Source: Candidatus Omnitrophota bacterium (lineage in GTDB: Bacteria > Omnitrophota > Gorgyraeia > Zapsychrales > Fredricksoniimonadaceae). Taken from it: 47,664 bases of DNA. The stretch spans positions 1 to 47,664 of the forward strand of contig JADFWS010000001.1 in assembly GCA_015234065.1 (NCBI GenBank), read 5' to 3'. Made by a program: the position numbers and the translations under genes. The notes under the pieces were generated by a model. The model was not told the origin of the DNA, did no database searches, and saw nothing but the letters and a program-made list of their open reading frames with translations. Every line of letters starts with the position of its first letter. The stretch's first letter is position 1. Positions 45,446 to 47,664 of this stretch are shown here, one piece after another.

Positions 45446-47664
45446 ATGAGTATGTTGTCCTTCCTTTTACGCACTCTTTTTAAGGCCCTGCCGACCCTTG
45501 TTTTTTGCCTTTTGTTCAGTCTTTCTTTTCAAACTTCCTCGGCGTATGCGGCGCATGCTTGTTCGAGCGTCAGCAGTGGCGGATGGAGTACTCCGGCCAC
45601 ATGGGGCAGTTGCGGCGGGGGCGTCCCGGGAGCCGGAGATTCTGCGACCATCAATCTCGGGCACGTCGTGACATTGTCACAAAGTGTGGTCACAGGGGAT
45701 CTGGATGTTGAAGAAGAACTGGATACCCAGGGCTGGAACATGGACGTAACAAGTGTAACTACAGGAGCCGTTTCTGTAGGCATTAATGCGACCGGCGCTG
45801 GTGGGAGGAAATCAACGATCACGGTCCGGGGTTTTTGGAGTGAAAATGGTTTCGTGTTTGGATATGCTGATTCAACGGTTATCTTTTCAACAAATGCTGG
45901 CATTGACCCAACGAGGTATGTACTTGCTGGAGCTACTTTCAACAATGTCATCTTTAATAACGCACGTATAGAGGTTTATAATGGCATGGATTTTTATGGC
46001 ACTGTCTCTGTGACCGGGAATGCAGACGTCCTGTTAGATCTGGGGTCTACTTTTCACAGTACATTCTCAATGGATACGGGGACGCTGAATGCTCAAGGGG
46101 ACGTAAGCATCGATGCTGCCACAGTTACGGGCGGTAATATGTTATTTGCTGGTAATTTGGCCCTGACCAACGATACAAATTTTTCCTGTACAGGAGGGAC
46201 AACGACTTTTAACGGAACGACCGTTCTAACAACAAATGGGGGTGGCCTGCCGCATTTTTATAATGTTAATCTTGCCGCTAATGCCGGCCTTGGTTTGGAT
46301 GCGAGTACCGGCCATATGGATATTGACGGGTTGCTGTATGCGTATAGCGGGACAGGCACCGGGAATTTCTCCCCAGGCAATCAGCTGTATTTAACGAATA
46401 ATGTTGATCTGCGCAATCTGGATGTATTTGACGGAGACAATGCGGACGTCTTCTTTTCAGGTACTGCTGCGCAGAGCGTGTATTTTGCGTCGGTTGCGAA
46501 GTGGATCAACGGGCTGCACGTGAGGGTCAGCAATGGCCCTGCAGGTGTTGTGTCGTTCCTGAATGCCGGCGATCCTATTACTTTGTTGAAGGTGGATGCC
46601 GGAGCTACGGCCAAATTCACGGCAGGACTGACATATGGTGCAAGTATCCTCTCGTTGCCTGGGACATTGTCAAGTCCGGTGACGTTGCAGTCATTGACGC
46701 CGAATTCAAGGTATACTTTACAAACAGGTAATACTGCGTTCACGCGCTCATACGTTCATGTGCAGGATAGTGAGATCACGGGCGTAAGTGAAGTTGCCAC
46801 CAATTCTGTGGATAATGGGAATAATGATAATCACGACGCGCCGCCGCACTGGATCATCAGTTCTGTAGCAACGGTTCAACGTTGGCTGGGGACAGGGACT
46901 ACGGTTTGGGCAACCGGAACGAACTGGAGCGGTGGTTCAGCGCCATCCGGGGCCACGCAGGAAGCGTATTTTGATACGAGCGCGCAGGCGGTGACGACGG
47001 GCGTGAGTACAAATCTGGGCCAGTTGGATATCGAGCCGAGTTTTACAGGCTCGCTCACGCTTGGAGCAGATCTTTCTGTGTACAATACCGGACTTGGCAG
47101 TGGCGATGTGACGATCTACAGCGGTACGTTTGTTATGACGGACCATACACTATATGTTTCCGGTAATCTTAATATTGCGTCCACGGCAACAGCGTTTACG
47201 GCTAATAGTGCCACAACCGTGGCGCATGTGTACGGCACGTCAGCTAAATATACGACCGGCGACATTGCGAAAACGACGTGGAACGCGGCATCGACGTTGG
47301 ATATCCAATCTGATCTGAACCAGACCCTTCCGGTGGGAGAAACTTACGGCAATTTGCAGTTGGGCCGGTTTTCCGGCTCGGGCAGTAATACGCAATTTAC
47401 GCTGAGCGGGACAGTGGCCGGCAATTTGATCGTTGATGCGGATGCGACGGTGTATCTGGCCACGGATATTACGGTTGCCGGCAACGTGACGATCAATGGC
47501 ACGCTCTGGCCGCAGGGGCATACGATCAACGCCGGCGGGAACTGGACGACCGCGGCCGGCGCCAGCATTAACACGCCGATCGTGGTATTTAACGCGGGTG
47601 CCACGGGCAAAACGATCACCACGAACGGGACATCGCTCGCGAGCGCCACGTTCAACAATGCTTC
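45446..47664 (+). CDS. Large secreted repeat protein (parallel beta-helix / adhesin-like), 3'-truncated by the window, at least 739 aa
   Basis: Hand translation: in-frame stop at 45380-45382, first ATG at 45446, and no stop before the window end. The ORF track probably omits it because it has no stop. Signal peptide MSMLSFLLRTLFKALPTLVFCLLFSLSFQTSSAYA. Gly/Thr/Asn/Ser-rich degenerate repeats. Motifs GGWSTPATWGSCGGGVPGAGDSATI and WATGTNWSGGSAPSGATQEAYF. Confidence 0.75.
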   Translation, partial: MSMLSFLLRTLFKALPTLVFCLLFSLSFQTSSAYAAHACSSVSSGGWSTPATWGSCGGGVPGAGDSATINLGHVVTLSQSVVTGDLDVEEELDTQGWNMDVTSVTTGAVSVGINATGAGGRKSTITVRGFWSENGFVFGYADSTVIFSTNAGIDPTRYVLAGATFNNVIFNNARIEVYNGMDFYGTVSVTGNADVLLDLGSTFHSTFSMDTGTLNAQGDVSIDAATVTGGNMLFAGNLALTNDTNFSCTGGTTTFNGTTVLTTNGGGLPHFYNVNLAANAGLGLDASTGHMDIDGLLYAYSGTGTGNFSPGNQLYLTNNVDLRNLDVFDGDNADVFFSGTAAQSVYFASVAKWINGLHVRVSNGPAGVVSFLNAGDPITLLKVDAGATAKFTAGLTYGASILSLPGTLSSPVTLQSLTPNSRYTLQTGNTAFTRSYVHVQDSEITGVSEVATNSVDNGNNDNHDAPPHWIISSVATVQRWLGTGTTVWATGTNWSGGSAPSGATQEAYFDTSAQAVTTGVSTNLGQLDIEPSFTGSLTLGADLSVYNTGLGSGDVTIYSGTFVMTDHTLYVSGNLNIASTATAFTANSATTVAHVYGTSAKYTTGDIAKTTWNAASTLDIQSDLNQTLPVGETYGNLQLGRFSGSGSNTQFTLSGTVAGNLIVDADATVYLATDITVAGNVTINGTLWPQGHTINAGGNWTTAAGASINTPIVVFNAGATGKTITTNGTSLASATFNNA

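Noticed and set aside
45467-47658. Several ORFs inside the last 2.2 kb: minus strand 45467-45664, 45529-45951, 46381-46743, 46876-47146, 47240-47658; plus strand 45505-45711, 45786-45971, 46501-46731
   Set aside because: All overlap the single long open frame that starts at 45446, which has a signal peptide and a coherent repeat architecture. The others are frame shadows of a Gly/Thr/Ala-rich gene.
1-47664. Search for tRNA, rRNA, transposase, integrase, phage or known defence-system genes
   Set aside because: No ORF translation showed DDE/HUH transposase, tyrosine/serine recombinase, capsid/terminase, Cas or restriction-modification motifs. No intergenic segment is long or structured enough to look like a tRNA or rRNA. 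The VapBC-like pair is the only defence- or addiction-type module seen.

Overview
A 47.7 kb, gene-dense chromosomal window from a bacterium of roughly 50% GC. Genes are tightly packed, and many starts overlap the preceding stop. I found no rRNA, tRNA, CRISPR array, transposase, integrase or phage genes. All family assignments come from recognising motifs in the supplied translations; no database search was run.

Gene order:
1. Bases 1-6308: a heme cluster of the siroheme-dependent (alternative, Ahb) type: cobA/hemD fusion (5' end cut off by the window), two NirJ-like radical-SAM enzymes, hemB, two AsnC-like siroheme decarboxylase subunits, and hemL.
2. Bases 6305-8930, translationally coupled to hemL: a NusG-domain-II protein, a Gx (Hpre_diP_synt_I)::EcfT fusion protein, and the ApbE flavin transferase.
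3. Bases 9045-14770: nqrABCDEF. A 55-aa NqrM-like ORF on the opposite strand (14788-14955) is too short to appear in the ORF track.
4. Bases 15011-24311: an 11-gene nuoABCDHIJKLMN operon with no nuoEFG.
5. gltA-pepA-SPFH-fumC-PilZ.
6. On the minus strand: an APC permease followed by pntAA-pntAB-pntB.
7. A co-directional housekeeping run: flavodoxin, PilZ, NUDIX, xthA, PEBP, xseAB, HIT.
8. A menaquinone cluster that looks eroded: a shortened menA, an intact menC, a menE stump, and a hotdog thioesterase.
9. sod.
10. A VapBC-like toxin-antitoxin cassette bracketed by direct repeats.
11. An array of REP-like hairpins.
12. The 5' 2.2 kb of a large secreted beta-helix-type protein that runs off the window.

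The most interesting items are the ECF-like Gx::EcfT / NusG_II / ApbE module (no ATPase gene in the window), the hidden nqrM, the decaying men genes with their flanking repeats, the covarying REP hairpin family, and the truncated large surface protein. The gene content and repeat style suggest an uncultivated PVC/Omnitrophota-like lineage, but that is a low-confidence impression.
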